The position numbers were made by a program, and so were the translations under genes. Source: Longimicrobiales bacterium (GTDB lineage: Bacteria; Gemmatimonadota; Gemmatimonadetes; Longimicrobiales; Gaopeijiaceae). Taken from it: a DNA stretch of 64,000 bases. Where the stretch lies: positions 480,001-544,000 of the forward strand of contig OZ252251.1 of assembly GCA_965249725.1 (NCBI GenBank). Direction: 5' to 3'. The notes below the pieces were generated by a model. The model was not told where the DNA came from, ran no database searches, and was given only the letters and a program-made list of their open reading frames with translations. Positions 38,160-47,640 of the stretch are shown in pieces (positions within the stretch are counted from its first letter, which is position 1; each line of letters opens with the position of its first letter).

Positions 38160-40374
38160 TCATGACTCCTGGTCCTCTGCCATACCACCATGTGGCCGAG
38201 CGTCCGTACTGGCTGTCATGAACGTCGGGTCCCATTCTCGCGCTTCCTTTCTTCTTTCCAAGTCCTCTCTGCGCTGGGCTTCTATCGCTTTCTTTATGTT
38301 TTCCAAGCGCTCTAATGGTTCCCCTCCCGGTATGTCCCAGCTGGGAATGTCATAATGTGTCCGGAGGTCATTAGCGATCTGCCCAGCGGTTAGACCCAGC
38401 TGGGCGTATTGAAGCTGGCGTTCTTCATAGCATTCTTCGCCGTGCGGAGGACTGGATTCATATTCGAACACATTGCTGATCATACTCTCGGCTGATGCCG
38501 CCTTTGCGGGCAAGGAAAGAGCACGATACATCAGGTCATGGCTGATGGATTCCCAATCAACGTCCTCAGGATAGGCTAGAGATGGTGTGGGAGCGTGGGA
38601 GATGTGAGGATTCACGGGACCAGGATAGCGGAGCCTGTCAACGCCAGTGAGACACTCTTGGGAATTAATTAGAGAGCAATCTCCTGTGTCGTGAGGGAGG
38701 GGGTTGGAGGATTGATCCAGACGGCCTCCGGGAGCGGTTTGGGCTTCGGCTCACCGGAGACGAAGCGGTCGGGATGAGCGGCCCAGGCCTCGCGTAGCAC
38801 GGCCTGCCTGCCGGCGATGACCTGATCTGCATTCCCGAAGTGGACCTGTTCGGGGGTCAGCATCGAGATACCACCATGGCGGTGCTCGGCGTTGTACCAG
38901 CGGAAGAACGAGCGACAGAAGGTTTTGGCCTGGCCCTGATCCTCGAACCGTCCAGGAAACGAGGGATGGTACTTCAAGGTCTTGAACTGGGCTTCGGAGA
39001 ACGGATTGTCATCCGACACCTGAGGTCGGCTCAGCGAGCGGGTCACCCCGAGATCGGCGAGGAGCTGAGCCGTGCATTGGCTCGTCATCGGAGCTCCTCG
39101 ATCCGAGTGCAAGGTCAGGACCTGGGGCTGGACGCCATGCTTCAGGCAACTCTGCTGGATCAGGCGCCCGGCCAAGGCCGAGCTCTCCCGATCCGCCACC
39201 ATCCATCCCACGATGTAGCGGCTGAAGATGTCCATGATAACGTAGAGGTAGAAGTAGCTCCACTTCCTCGGCCCCAGCAGCCGTGTGATATCCCAGGACC
39301 AGACCTGGCCCGGGCCCGTCGCCATCAACTCGGGTTTCTGGTATTCGGGATGACTCCGCTGCGCTCGGCGCTCTCGAACTGGCACTTGGGAGGCCAGAAC
39401 GCGATACATCGTACGTTCGCTGCACAGGTAGACGTCTTCGTCGAGCAGGGTCGCCACAACCTCGGCCGGGGACCGGTCCACGAATCGCTCCGAACACAGC
39501 GTGTCGAAGACCTTGTCTCGTTCCTTCTCGCTCAAGGCACGGGCTGGGGTCGGGCGGGGCTGCTGATGCCCGGTCGATGGCCTCCGACGACGATAGAACG
39601 TGGCTCGGGCGACCCTGAGCGCATCGCACGCGGGCTTTACCCCTACGTACGTGGCCAGCGCCTCGGCCGCCTTCACGAGTTCGTCCCGTCCTTGAGGCTC
39701 AATCCCAGCAGCCCTGCAACTTTTCCCTGGACGTCGAGGATCAGGCGCGCCTTCTCGAGTTCCTTCTCCAGGCGAGTGTTCTCGCGCTCCAGCTTGCGCA
39801 CTTTCCCCTCCAGCGGATTCCGTTCGCTCGGCTTTCGACCTCGTCTCTTCGACAGCGCTCTCAGCGACCCACTCCGCACCGCCTTGCGCCATGTCGTCAG
39901 GTGCGACGAGTACAAGCCCTCCCGTCGCAGGAGTCGCCCTACCTCTCCCGGCTCCGTGCACCGGTCCGCTTCTTCGACGACCCGCAGCTTGTACGACGGA
40001 CTAAACCGTCGGCGCGTCGGCTTATCTACCACCTCCGCGTCCGGAGCAGCTGCCGCGCTTCGCTTACCCTCCCAGGTTAGTGGGGCGATTCCATTCTCTT
40101 CCATTCTCTCTCGGTGTCTCAGCATCCTCGGTTTCTCTGCCTTCGCCCTACTCTAATTCTTTACTCGTTCCGTGTCTCACCTAAGTTGGCAGAGAGGGTA
40201 GCCCGCAACTTCGACACAGCCCTGGACATACTCCTTAAGGGTGCAGACGACGCGGATAGCCAGATACTTCGCACGCCTCGTACGATTGCGCTTCTCGAAC
40301 AGCCAATCCTTGAATCCGACCATACCAACGCCGACCACAGCTCCTATAAGCGCCCCGAAGAACCCCTCGTTCAC
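38160..40374 (-). pseudogene. membrane-anchored cargo gene interrupted by IS
   Basis: Removing IS and one TAG joins CVEVAGY to PGPVNPHISH in frame. Confidence 0.85.
38629..40198 (-). mobile_element. IS3-family insertion sequence
   Basis: orfA 39673-40125, DDE orfB ending 38669 (WSWDIT, HSDRG, DNPFSE); IRs TGTCAAC..GTGAGACAC / TGCCAAC..GTGAGACAC; TAG duplicated. Confidence 0.93.
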
Positions 40375-40424
40375 CGTTGAGGCCTCCTATTCGTATTCGT
40401 CAATGGCTACCTAAGTGTACGCCT

Positions 40425-40476
40425 CACCCCAGATCCGTGTGCGCCCACCAGACGACGCGGCCCCATGATTCCTGGC
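40425..40476 (-). repeat. copy of cI 3' end (RVVWWAHTDLG*)
   Basis: Matches 44132-44177 with two 1-nt insertions. Confidence 0.9.
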
Positions 40477-40559
40477 GATCCACGCCTCTCCTTTATCCCC
40501 GTAGTGCGGTTCATGGGGGTGCACTCGGTGCCGTCCATTCTCAAGAATGGCCTCAACGC

Positions 40560-41510
40560 TCACATCTCATTGGGGTACCATCCCGAGCCCTGTTGGATGA
40601 TCTCATTCGTCCAGGCCAGCAACAGGCAGAGCCCCTTGTTCTGCACGCCCCACTTCCGTCGCGCGTCGCCACCGTAGACATCCGCGAAGCCCTTCATCTG
40701 GTCGTGGTAGAATGCGATGTGTTTCGAGTACGACGTGCCCGTGCCCGTATAGAGACTTAGGTCTGAGAATCCGCTAGTCCTCTCGGCAAGAGATGTGAAG
40801 ACCGTCTTCCCATCTATCCACTCAATGACTTCAGTAATCTTAATGTCATCAAACTTCCCCAAATCAATGAGGCAGTTGATCTCACGGATGAGGTCGGTCA
40901 GCACGCGAAGCCGGACGGCTGGTAATGCGGTGGTAGCGTCTATTCGTCCCTTCATTTGCGCCACCAAATCCCCATAGCGGCTAGCGTCTGTCGGCGAGAT
41001 CCTAATGCCCGCCGTATGAGCGATGTGGTTTTTCACGGAACGCAAGCCTGAAATGGTTCTGTTCTCGGACGGAGTTAGAATATTTTGGTACTCAAGATAA
41101 TCGATCGGTCGATCATGCGGACGCTGAAAGGTCTCACCGTCCGGCAAGAGTTCTCCGACCTTTCTTCCGGCAGACTCCTCTAGAGATCTCCATGACTCCA
41201 ATACGAGGCTAACTCCGGTCCCCTCCTCATCAGGGTGAGGTCGGTCAGGAACAGAACTGCTTGAGTCTCCGCTCACATCGGCCTCTATGGCGGTCAGCTG
41301 AAGAGAAACGTACTTCCCCCCGAATGTTAACCGCTGAGCGCGTTCGATTACTGATCCAATCTGATCTCTGAACACTAGTAAGCCGACCCCTATCACCCCC
41401 GGCCACGCCAGTGCTTCGACCAGATCGATCATATGGTCCGGCTGCAACAGCCAGAAGCCAAGGAAGAGCGCAGCCGCTACGGGCAGCACGACCGCGGCGA
41501 GGGTCTTCAC
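40560..41510 (-). CDS. membrane-anchored cargo protein with HEPN-like motif
   Basis: RBS AAAGGAGG + GTG; LAWP TM; LRSVKNHIAH; lower GC. Confidence 0.7.
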   Translation of the reverse strand: MKTLAAVVLPVAAALFLGFWLLQPDHMIDLVEALAWPGVIGVGLLVFRDQIGSVIERAQRLTFGGKYVSLQLTAIEADVSGDSSSSVPDRPHPDEEGTGVSLVLESWRSLEESAGRKVGELLPDGETFQRPHDRPIDYLEYQNILTPSENRTISGLRSVKNHIAHTAGIRISPTDASRYGDLVAQMKGRIDATTALPAVRLRVLTDLIREINCLIDLGKFDDIKITEVIEWIDGKTVFTSLAERTSGFSDLSLYTGTGTSYSKHIAFYHDQMKGFADVYGGDARRKWGVQNKGLCLLLAWTNEIIQQGSGWYPNEM

Positions 41511-41551
41511 AGCGTCCTCCTTTCCGGGCTCACTTGCCTGCCCCTCACCCC

Positions 41552-41593
41552 TCAATCCGTGTGCGCCCACCAGACGACGCGGCCCATGATTCG
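41552..41593 (-). repeat. copy of cI 3' end (RIMGRVVWWAHTD*)
   Basis: Same peptide as cI end, synonymous differences only. Confidence 0.93.
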
Positions 41594-41624
41594 AAGATGA
41601 TTTCTCGCCCTTCACGCGGTAGTC

Positions 41625-42506
41625 TCACCTCTCGCAAACCACACCATCCCCATCTCCGTCACGCATATAGCGATACGCCGGGTGGCCGCGGCGGACCGGT
41701 GCGATCCCGTGGCGCCGAGCCTCGGCACAGGTGATCCTGCCATTGCCGTTGTCGTCCCACTGTCGCAGCGCATCGGTTGTTGGCACCGGGCTCGGAGCCA
41801 CACGGCTTGGTGCGCTGGTTGCTTGTGTGACGACCAGACTGGTTGAAGCACAGCCGTTCAGCACGCTCTCCAGGGAGGTAGCCTCAGTCGCGTCGATGGT
41901 GAGAGCGTACTTCCGCCGAACCTCGACGACCCGATCTGCGAACCAGCACTGGTTGAGGCTAGGCAGCCACTGGGCCGCATCCTTGTCGCTCTTCTCGTAT
42001 CGGTTCACCGCGGGACTGGCGAGCGTGAGGTTCAGGATGTCGGTTGCGAAACGGCGCCGCGTGGCGTCATCGGCAGCACACAGTCCGCTGTCATGCGCCT
42101 CGGACCGGGCCACGATGTGCTCAATATCGGTGTCGCCCCGACCGGAGAACCACTGGCCGGTGTAAGGGCCATAGACGCCCCCCAGCGAGCTGATAATCTT
42201 CAATTCAACCGACTGCGGGTAACGGTAGTCATCCGCGTCGTATTGTGAACAGCGCACCTCGGGCGCGACCACAAGGCCGCGCCATCTCGTTTGTGAAGGG
42301 TGCGGCAACACAGATGCATCGGCACCGGATTGGCCAGCAAGCACGCGGGCCACTCGGTCGTAGCAGTCTAGCCGCTCCGACACGCTTTGGATGGCTGCGC
42401 ATTGCGTGATCTGTGATGCCAGCCCTTCCTGGGCGGAAACGGGGCCTGGCCCAGCGACGGCAGCCCCAACGGCCGCGAGCAGGAGCGTACACGCCGCTCG
42501 CGTCAT
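41625..42506 (-). CDS. secreted DUF1524/HNH nuclease with excalibur Ca-binding domain
   Basis: Signal peptide, DIEHIVARSEA, NLTLA..VN..KSDKD, RDGDGDGVVCE. Confidence 0.85.
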   Translation of the reverse strand: MTRAACTLLLAAVGAAVAGPGPVSAQEGLASQITQCAAIQSVSERLDCYDRVARVLAGQSGADASVLPHPSQTRWRGLVVAPEVRCSQYDADDYRYPQSVELKIISSLGGVYGPYTGQWFSGRGDTDIEHIVARSEAHDSGLCAADDATRRRFATDILNLTLASPAVNRYEKSDKDAAQWLPSLNQCWFADRVVEVRRKYALTIDATEATSLESVLNGCASTSLVVTQATSAPSRVAPSPVPTTDALRQWDDNGNGRITCAEARRHGIAPVRRGHPAYRYMRDGDGDGVVCER

Positions 42507-42588
42507 CCCTGTTCCTCCTCCTCCTCTCAAGCGGAAGCTCAATATGTTCCTTTCCTTCCCTTGTCTCTATTCACGAACGATCCTCGCC

Positions 42589-42639
42589 TCACCATGATCG
42601 TCGCATCGATTGTCCAAACCATATGACCTGCCCGCGTGG
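42589..42639 (-). repeat. probable divergent S24-repressor 3' end (RGQVIWFGQSMRRSW*)
   Basis: Peptide resembles S24 terminal strand; same position relative to next cargo gene. Confidence 0.5.
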
Positions 42640-42676
42640 CTGGAGCACCCCCCTCAGCGTGTGCGGAACTCGCCGC

Positions 42677-44110
42677 TCATCCGCCCCCACTGATGCGGGC
42701 GAATAGGGTCGTGCTGAGTTCCTGCGCCTCAGCGATTTGGGCAGCGGTCATACGTGGCTGGAGATCTGCCTTTACACTGACGGCGCCCTCGTGCCCTTGC
42801 GCGGCGGCAAGGTTGAGCCAGGCATAGGCCAGGACGTAATTCTCGGGCACGCCTTCACCGTTGGCGTACATGAGACCCAGGTTGTTCTGAGCCGGGGCGT
42901 TCCCTTGCTCGGCGGCCATACGATACCAGCGCACGGCCTCAGCATCATCTTCGGGCACGCCTTCGCCGTTGGCGTAAATGACACCCAGGTTCTTCTGAGC
43001 CAGGGCGATCCCTTGCTCGGCGGCCATACGATACCAGCGCACGGCCTCAGCAATATCTTTGGGCACGCCTTCACCGTTGGCGTACATATACCCCAGGAGG
43101 GACTGAGCCAGGGCGTTCCCTTGCTCGGCGGCCATACGAAGCCAGCGCACGGCCTCAGCATCATCTTCGGGCACGCCTTCACCGTTGGCGTACATATACC
43201 CCAGGAGGGACTGAGCCGGGGCGTTCCCTTGCTCGGCGGCCATACGAAGCCAGCGCACGGCCTCAGCATCATCTTCGGGCACGCCTTCACCGTTGGCGTA
43301 CATATACCCCAGGAGGGACTGAGCCGGGGCGTTCCCTTGCTCGGCGGCCATACGAAGCCAGCGCACGGCCTCAGCATCATCTTCGGGCACGCCTTCACCG
43401 TTGGCGTACATATACCCCAGGAGGGACTGAGCCGGGGCGAATCCTTGCTCGGCGGCCATACGAAACCAGCGCACGGCCTCAGCATCGTCTTCGGGCACGC
43501 CTTCGCCGTTGTCGTACATGACACCCAGGTTGTACTGAGCCAGGGCCAATCCTTGCTCGGCGGCCATACGATACCAGCGCACGGCCTCAGCATCATCTTC
43601 GGGCACGCCTTCGCCGTTGACGTACATGACACCCAGGTTGAACTGAGCCAGGGCCAATCCTTGCTCGGCGGCCATACGATACCAGCGCACGGCCTCAGCA
43701 TCATCTTCGGGCACGCCTTCGCCGTTGACGTACATGAAACCCAGGCTGGACTGAGCCGAGGCCAATCCTTGCTCGGCGGCCATACGAAACCAGCGCACGG
43801 CCTCAGCATCGTCTTCGGGCACGCCTTCGCCGTTGTCGTACATGACACCCAGGTTGTACTGAGCCGAGGCCAATCCTTGCTCGGCGGCCATACGAAACCA
43901 GCGCACGGCCTCAGCATCGTCTTCGGGCACGCCTTCGCCGTTGTCGTACATGACACCCAGGTTGTACTGAGCCAGGGCGTTCCCTTGCTTGGCTAAGCGT
44001 CGGGTTTCCAAGAGGGACGAGTCCTGCCCGACCGCCAGGGTAAGTAGCGCTGCCACCGCCAATGCGGAAAAAGCAAGGACCGCCGTTGCGATCCTCTGTG
44101 TTCGTGTCAT
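42677..44110 (-). CDS. secreted Sel1-like repeat protein, 11 x 36 aa
   Basis: Signal peptide; AQxxLGxMYxNGEGVPEDDAEAVRWxRMAAEQG; 108-bp tandem DNA repeats. Confidence 0.95.
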   Translation of the reverse strand: MTRTQRIATAVLAFSALAVAALLTLAVGQDSSLLETRRLAKQGNALAQYNLGVMYDNGEGVPEDDAEAVRWFRMAAEQGLASAQYNLGVMYDNGEGVPEDDAEAVRWFRMAAEQGLASAQSSLGFMYVNGEGVPEDDAEAVRWYRMAAEQGLALAQFNLGVMYVNGEGVPEDDAEAVRWYRMAAEQGLALAQYNLGVMYDNGEGVPEDDAEAVRWFRMAAEQGFAPAQSLLGYMYANGEGVPEDDAEAVRWLRMAAEQGNAPAQSLLGYMYANGEGVPEDDAEAVRWLRMAAEQGNAPAQSLLGYMYANGEGVPEDDAEAVRWLRMAAEQGNALAQSLLGYMYANGEGVPKDIAEAVRWYRMAAEQGIALAQKNLGVIYANGEGVPEDDAEAVRWYRMAAEQGNAPAQNNLGLMYANGEGVPENYVLAYAWLNLAAAQGHEGAVSVKADLQPRMTAAQIAEAQELSTTLFARISGGG

Positions 44111-44131
44111 CGCTTCTTCCTCACGTCTTCC

Positions 44132-44968
44132 TCAGTCCGTGTGCGCCCACCATACAACGCGGCCCATGATTCTGGCCAAGTCGTCTAACAGCTGAGGCTC
44201 GTAGCTATCGTTGTCACTGTCCGCCCACCAGCGGTGGTCGCGTTTGCGAAGGCGCTTGACCAGTAGGCCGTCTCCCGCCTGAAGTGCGTAGATCTTGCCG
44301 CTGCGTGGGGATGTGTGAATCTCATGGACCAGTGCCGCGTCTCCGGCGAATATCGTGCGCTCCATACTATCGCCCAATACATCGACCAGGAAGACGTCCT
44401 TGGCCTTCAGCCTTCGCTTGCGCAGCCAGCTTGTGCGGAATTTGACCTCACCTGCGACGGGTTCTTGCTCGGCGAACGTGCCGGTTCCCGCTGCCAGCCG
44501 AATATCCTCGGGCGCGTACCGTCTGACGGTCTCGTAGTCTTCGTCCCGCCAGCCTGGCGCGGATTGGATTGGCGACACGTCGGGGTCTGGGGTCTCGGCC
44601 GTAGCGGCGGCCTGCGCCCGCAGGCGGTCGAGTTCTTCATCTCTGCGGTCCAGCTCGTTTTCGGTGCGCTGGAGCATGGCTTCCAGCTCGGTCCGCCTCT
44701 TCCATTCCTCGCGCACCCTCTTCTCAGCTTCGCGCGTGCCCTCTACTGCGGGCGTGGGGTCGTCGGTGAGGCCCGCCAGGTAGTCGAGCGAGACGTCGAG
44801 AATGCGCGCGGCCCGGACTGCTCCATCAAGGAGCATGGCTGACCGATCGTGCTCCACATGCCCGATCATTGTCCGGTCATATCTCTCGCCAAGCTCCATT
44901 GCCAGTTGGCGTTGCGACAACCCGGCCCGTCTTCGTGCCTGAACTAGGCGCTCTCCAATTGCAATCAT
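44132..44968 (-). CDS. cI: CI-like repressor (XRE HTH + S24 peptidase)
   Basis: GLSQRQLA..VSLDYL; VLGDSME, VKRL. Confidence 0.93.
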   Translation of the reverse strand: MIAIGERLVQARRRAGLSQRQLAMELGERYDRTMIGHVEHDRSAMLLDGAVRAARILDVSLDYLAGLTDDPTPAVEGTREAEKRVREEWKRRTELEAMLQRTENELDRRDEELDRLRAQAAATAETPDPDVSPIQSAPGWRDEDYETVRRYAPEDIRLAAGTGTFAEQEPVAGEVKFRTSWLRKRRLKAKDVFLVDVLGDSMERTIFAGDAALVHEIHTSPRSGKIYALQAGDGLLVKRLRKRDHRWWADSDNDSYEPQLLDDLARIMGRVVWWAHTD

Positions 44969-45001
44969 AACTCTGAACAAATAACAGCATCAGCCGCCCT
45001 G

Positions 45002-45053
45002 TTGACAGGGGAATTCAGTTCCTCTATTCTTGGGATAGGGAATTCAGTTCCTC
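45002..45053 (+). promoter_or_regulatory. PR-like promoter with two operators
   Basis: TTGACA-N17-TATTCT; GGGAATTCAGTTCCTC at 45009-45024 and 45038-45053. Confidence 0.88.
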
Positions 45054-45090
45054 CATAACAGAGGTCTCTCCTAGGCAATAGGGCTGCGCA

Positions 45091-45315
45091 ATGCACTCAG
45101 AAATCAAGGCCCGGATCTTCCAACTGGGCATCAGCCAAGAGCGAGTCGCTCTTGCGGCTGGCTACGACCCAACCCTCTTCAGCCGCATCCTGAACGGGAT
45201 ACGACCGACGCCCCCCGACTTCGTGGAGCGGGTCAACGCGACACTCGACCGGCTAGAGGCGGCCGAGCGTGCGGCCACCGAGGCTCGCGAGCGGGTGCTG
45301 GCGGGGGGCGCGTGA
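45091..45315 (+). CDS. cro: Cro-like HTH protein
   Basis: ISQERVA..FSRILNG; divergent from cI. Confidence 0.85.
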   Translation: MHSEIKARIFQLGISQERVALAAGYDPTLFSRILNGIRPTPPDFVERVNATLDRLEAAERAATEARERVLAGGA

Positions 45316-45420
45316 TGGACGAGCAGCGTGTCCGGGAGATCGTGCGCGAGGAAGTGCCCCGAGCGATCCGGGAACGTCCCGCCGTCACCGGCAGCGATGA
45401 GATCTTTTGGCAACGCTACT

Positions 45421-45639
45421 TCATGCTGGACCATCCCCCTGCTCGAACGCCGTCCGGCAGCTGCTTATGTAATCGAGCAATCGCTCGGCTTCGGCGTTGT
45501 TCCCGGAAGCTTTGGCGGCCAGGGCGACCGTCCCAACCCCGAGCAGATAGTCCTCACGAAAGTCGATGATGCCTTTGTTGATGGCTGATCGGTTGTTTGG
45601 CGACGCTGATCGTATCGGCGGGGGAGCATTCCCGTCCAT
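45421..45639 (-). CDS. possible small counter-oriented gene
   Basis: MDGNAPP..AERLLDYISSCR; lies between cro-end repeats. Confidence 0.35.
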   Translation of the reverse strand: MDGNAPPPIRSASPNNRSAINKGIIDFREDYLLGVGTVALAAKASGNNAEAERLLDYISSCRTAFEQGDGPA

Positions 45640-45825
45640 GCGCGAGCGGGTGCTGGCGGGCGAGGGGAAGCCAGAGAGAGGTCGGCGATGAGCGAGCAGC
45701 GGCAGGCTAGACCGAATGGAGGCCTTCAACGCCGAGGATTAATGTCACGGCGGGTGAGGGAGCCGAGGAGGTGGCGGGGTGAAGCGCACCGAGGTTCATG
45801 CACCAGAAGCGAGGGGGTAAGGCAG

Positions 45826-46389
45826 ATGAGCGTCAAGGAACTCAGGGAATTGGAGGCGGCGTCGGAGATGGCGTGGGACGATGGCGAGGAAGCACGAGCG
45901 GAGATGCTCGGCGAGGACGCGCATTCGCTTCGCAAGCGGATAGGCCTGGTGCCTGCGGGCGGCACGAACGGGCGTGTGCCGGACGATCTGCCGGCGTGTG
46001 AGACGTGCGTCGATGTCGTCTACATCGACCGGCAGGGCGAGGAGCGGCCGGAGACCATGCGCGCCGATCTCGCCCGGGACTTCACCGACCGCAAGGGCCT
46101 GCGCGAGTGCCGCGAGTGCTCGAAGCTCTGCCTGCCCGTGCTCTACGAGGACTACGAGGACGGCCACACCGAGCACACGTGCTACCTGTGCGATTTCGAG
46201 TGGATGGTGCGGGACGGGACGCAAGTCGACCCCACCGGCAAGTCCGGGGCAGAGCTCGCAGCAGAGTACGCTCATCGTCAGGACAGCTACTACCGGGCGG
46301 CCAGCCCCGTGAGTGCGGTCCGCAAGGTGTGGGAGGGCAGTACCGAAATGAAGGTCCGCGAACCTGCCGCCGGCCCCCTAGGGATCTAG
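45826..46389 (+). CDS. Cys-rich phage hypothetical protein
   Basis: Several CxxC pairs. Confidence 0.65.
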   Translation: MSVKELRELEAASEMAWDDGEEARAEMLGEDAHSLRKRIGLVPAGGTNGRVPDDLPACETCVDVVYIDRQGEERPETMRADLARDFTDRKGLRECRECSKLCLPVLYEDYEDGHTEHTCYLCDFEWMVRDGTQVDPTGKSGAELAAEYAHRQDSYYRAASPVSAVRKVWEGSTEMKVREPAAGPLGI

Positions 46390-46608
46390 GGAGCTTGGCG
46401 GCTCCAGATCATCAGGAGTCATGACAGATGCCAGCTTCAGCAGAGCCGCAGCCAATTCTCTCAGGTGTGTTTCAGTGGCCACGAAAGTTTGCCATCCGTG
46501 AGGGGTCCGAAATCTCAGTAAGGCAAATTCTGCGAGGCCGTCTTTCATGGTCGCCATTGAATACTCAAGCAGGCGATCATCCATGTCACGAATCCGAAAG
46601 GTCGTCAT
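46378..46608 (-). CDS. small counter-oriented gene
   Basis: Protein-like 76 aa ORF, lower GC, no better + strand ORF. Confidence 0.55.
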   Translation of the reverse strand: MTTFRIRDMDDRLLEYSMATMKDGLAEFALLRFRTPHGWQTFVATETHLRELAAALLKLASVMTPDDLEPPSSLDP

Positions 46609-46659
46609 CCGATGTCTGATTGTACCCGCAAGGTGTGGTCATGAGCGGACGCGGGAATA

Positions 46660-46706
46660 AAACGAAACGCCCCGGGCAGGCGACCAAACCAGTCCCGGGG
46701 CGTTCG
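46660..46706. terminator. hairpin/terminator upstream of exonuclease
   Basis: AACGCCCCGGG..CCCGGGGCGTT with A-tract on left. Confidence 0.6.
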
Positions 46707-46743
46707 ATCCAACAACCCACAACCGGAAGATAGGAGGGAAACG

Positions 46744-47640
46744 ATGACAACGGCAACCCTTAACCCGGGATGGACGCGCGACCTAGCGCTGTCCGACTAC
46801 TTGGCGCTCCCGGCGATGAGCGCGTCGTTGCTGGAAGAATTCAGGCGGTGCCCCGAGCATTACCGCTACACGCTCCAGGCGCCACGCAGCGCGACCCCGG
46901 CGCTAGAGCGGGGCACGGCGCTACACCTGGCGACCCTGGAGCCCGAGACGTTCGAGGGCCGTTACGTGACGCTGGGCCGGTGCGAGGGGAAGAGGAAGGA
47001 CGGAGAGCGCTGCGCATACCAGGGCTCGGTCTACCGGGACGGCCAGAGCTTCTGCAAGTCCCACGACCCAGGCAAGGGCGAAGCGCCGGATGATCCGACG
47101 ATCGCGGTGCTCGCGGAGGCCGACTACGCATCGGTGCTCGGCATGCGAGATGCGGTGCTAAGGCACCCACGATCCGGCAGCCTGTTCGAGGGCCGTGGCG
47201 AATTGGAGGTCACGGGCGTCTTTGAGGACCCCGAGACCGGGGTGCTTTGCAAGATCCGGCCCGATCGGTTGGTCGAGCGTGCCAACCTGTCGGTGAACCT
47301 CAAGAGCACGCGCGACGCTTCACCGTGGGTATTCGGCTCGGATGCCGCGCGGCGTGGCTACCACCGCAGGGAGGCATTCTATCGGCGTGGACTGGCGGCT
47401 CTCGGCACCGAGTGCACGGCGTCCGCGCTGGTCACCGTCGAATCGGCTCCACCCTACTCGGTGGCCTGCTACCTCATCGACGAGGATGATCTGCGCATCA
47501 CGAGCGACGAGGTCACGCGGCTTCTCGATCACTTCAAGTACTGCGAAGCCGAGGACTACTGGCCGGGCTACGGCGACGAGTTCCTGACGCTGCGCCTACC
47601 TGGATGGGCCACCCGCAACGAGGAGGACACCGATGTCTAG
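46744..47640 (+). CDS. RecE/ExoVIII-like PD-(D/E)XK exonuclease (DUF3799)
   Basis: GTALH..LEPE, CKIRPDR..NLKST, YWPGY. Confidence 0.88.
   Translation: MTTATLNPGWTRDLALSDYLALPAMSASLLEEFRRCPEHYRYTLQAPRSATPALERGTALHLATLEPETFEGRYVTLGRCEGKRKDGERCAYQGSVYRDGQSFCKSHDPGKGEAPDDPTIAVLAEADYASVLGMRDAVLRHPRSGSLFEGRGELEVTGVFEDPETGVLCKIRPDRLVERANLSVNLKSTRDASPWVFGSDAARRGYHRREAFYRRGLAALGTECTASALVTVESAPPYSVACYLIDEDDLRITSDEVTRLLDHFKYCEAEDYWPGYGDEFLTLRLPGWATRNEEDTDV

Noticed and set aside
42737..43996. Long alternate-frame ORFs over the Sel1 gene, or a diversity-generating retroelement
   Set aside because: Shadow ORFs of a 108-bp repeat; no reverse transcriptase or template repeat in the window
40425..44177. 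Repeats as classical integron attC sites
   Set aside because: Not palindromic, no RYYYAAC/GTTRRRY ends, no IntI; they encode the cI C-terminus
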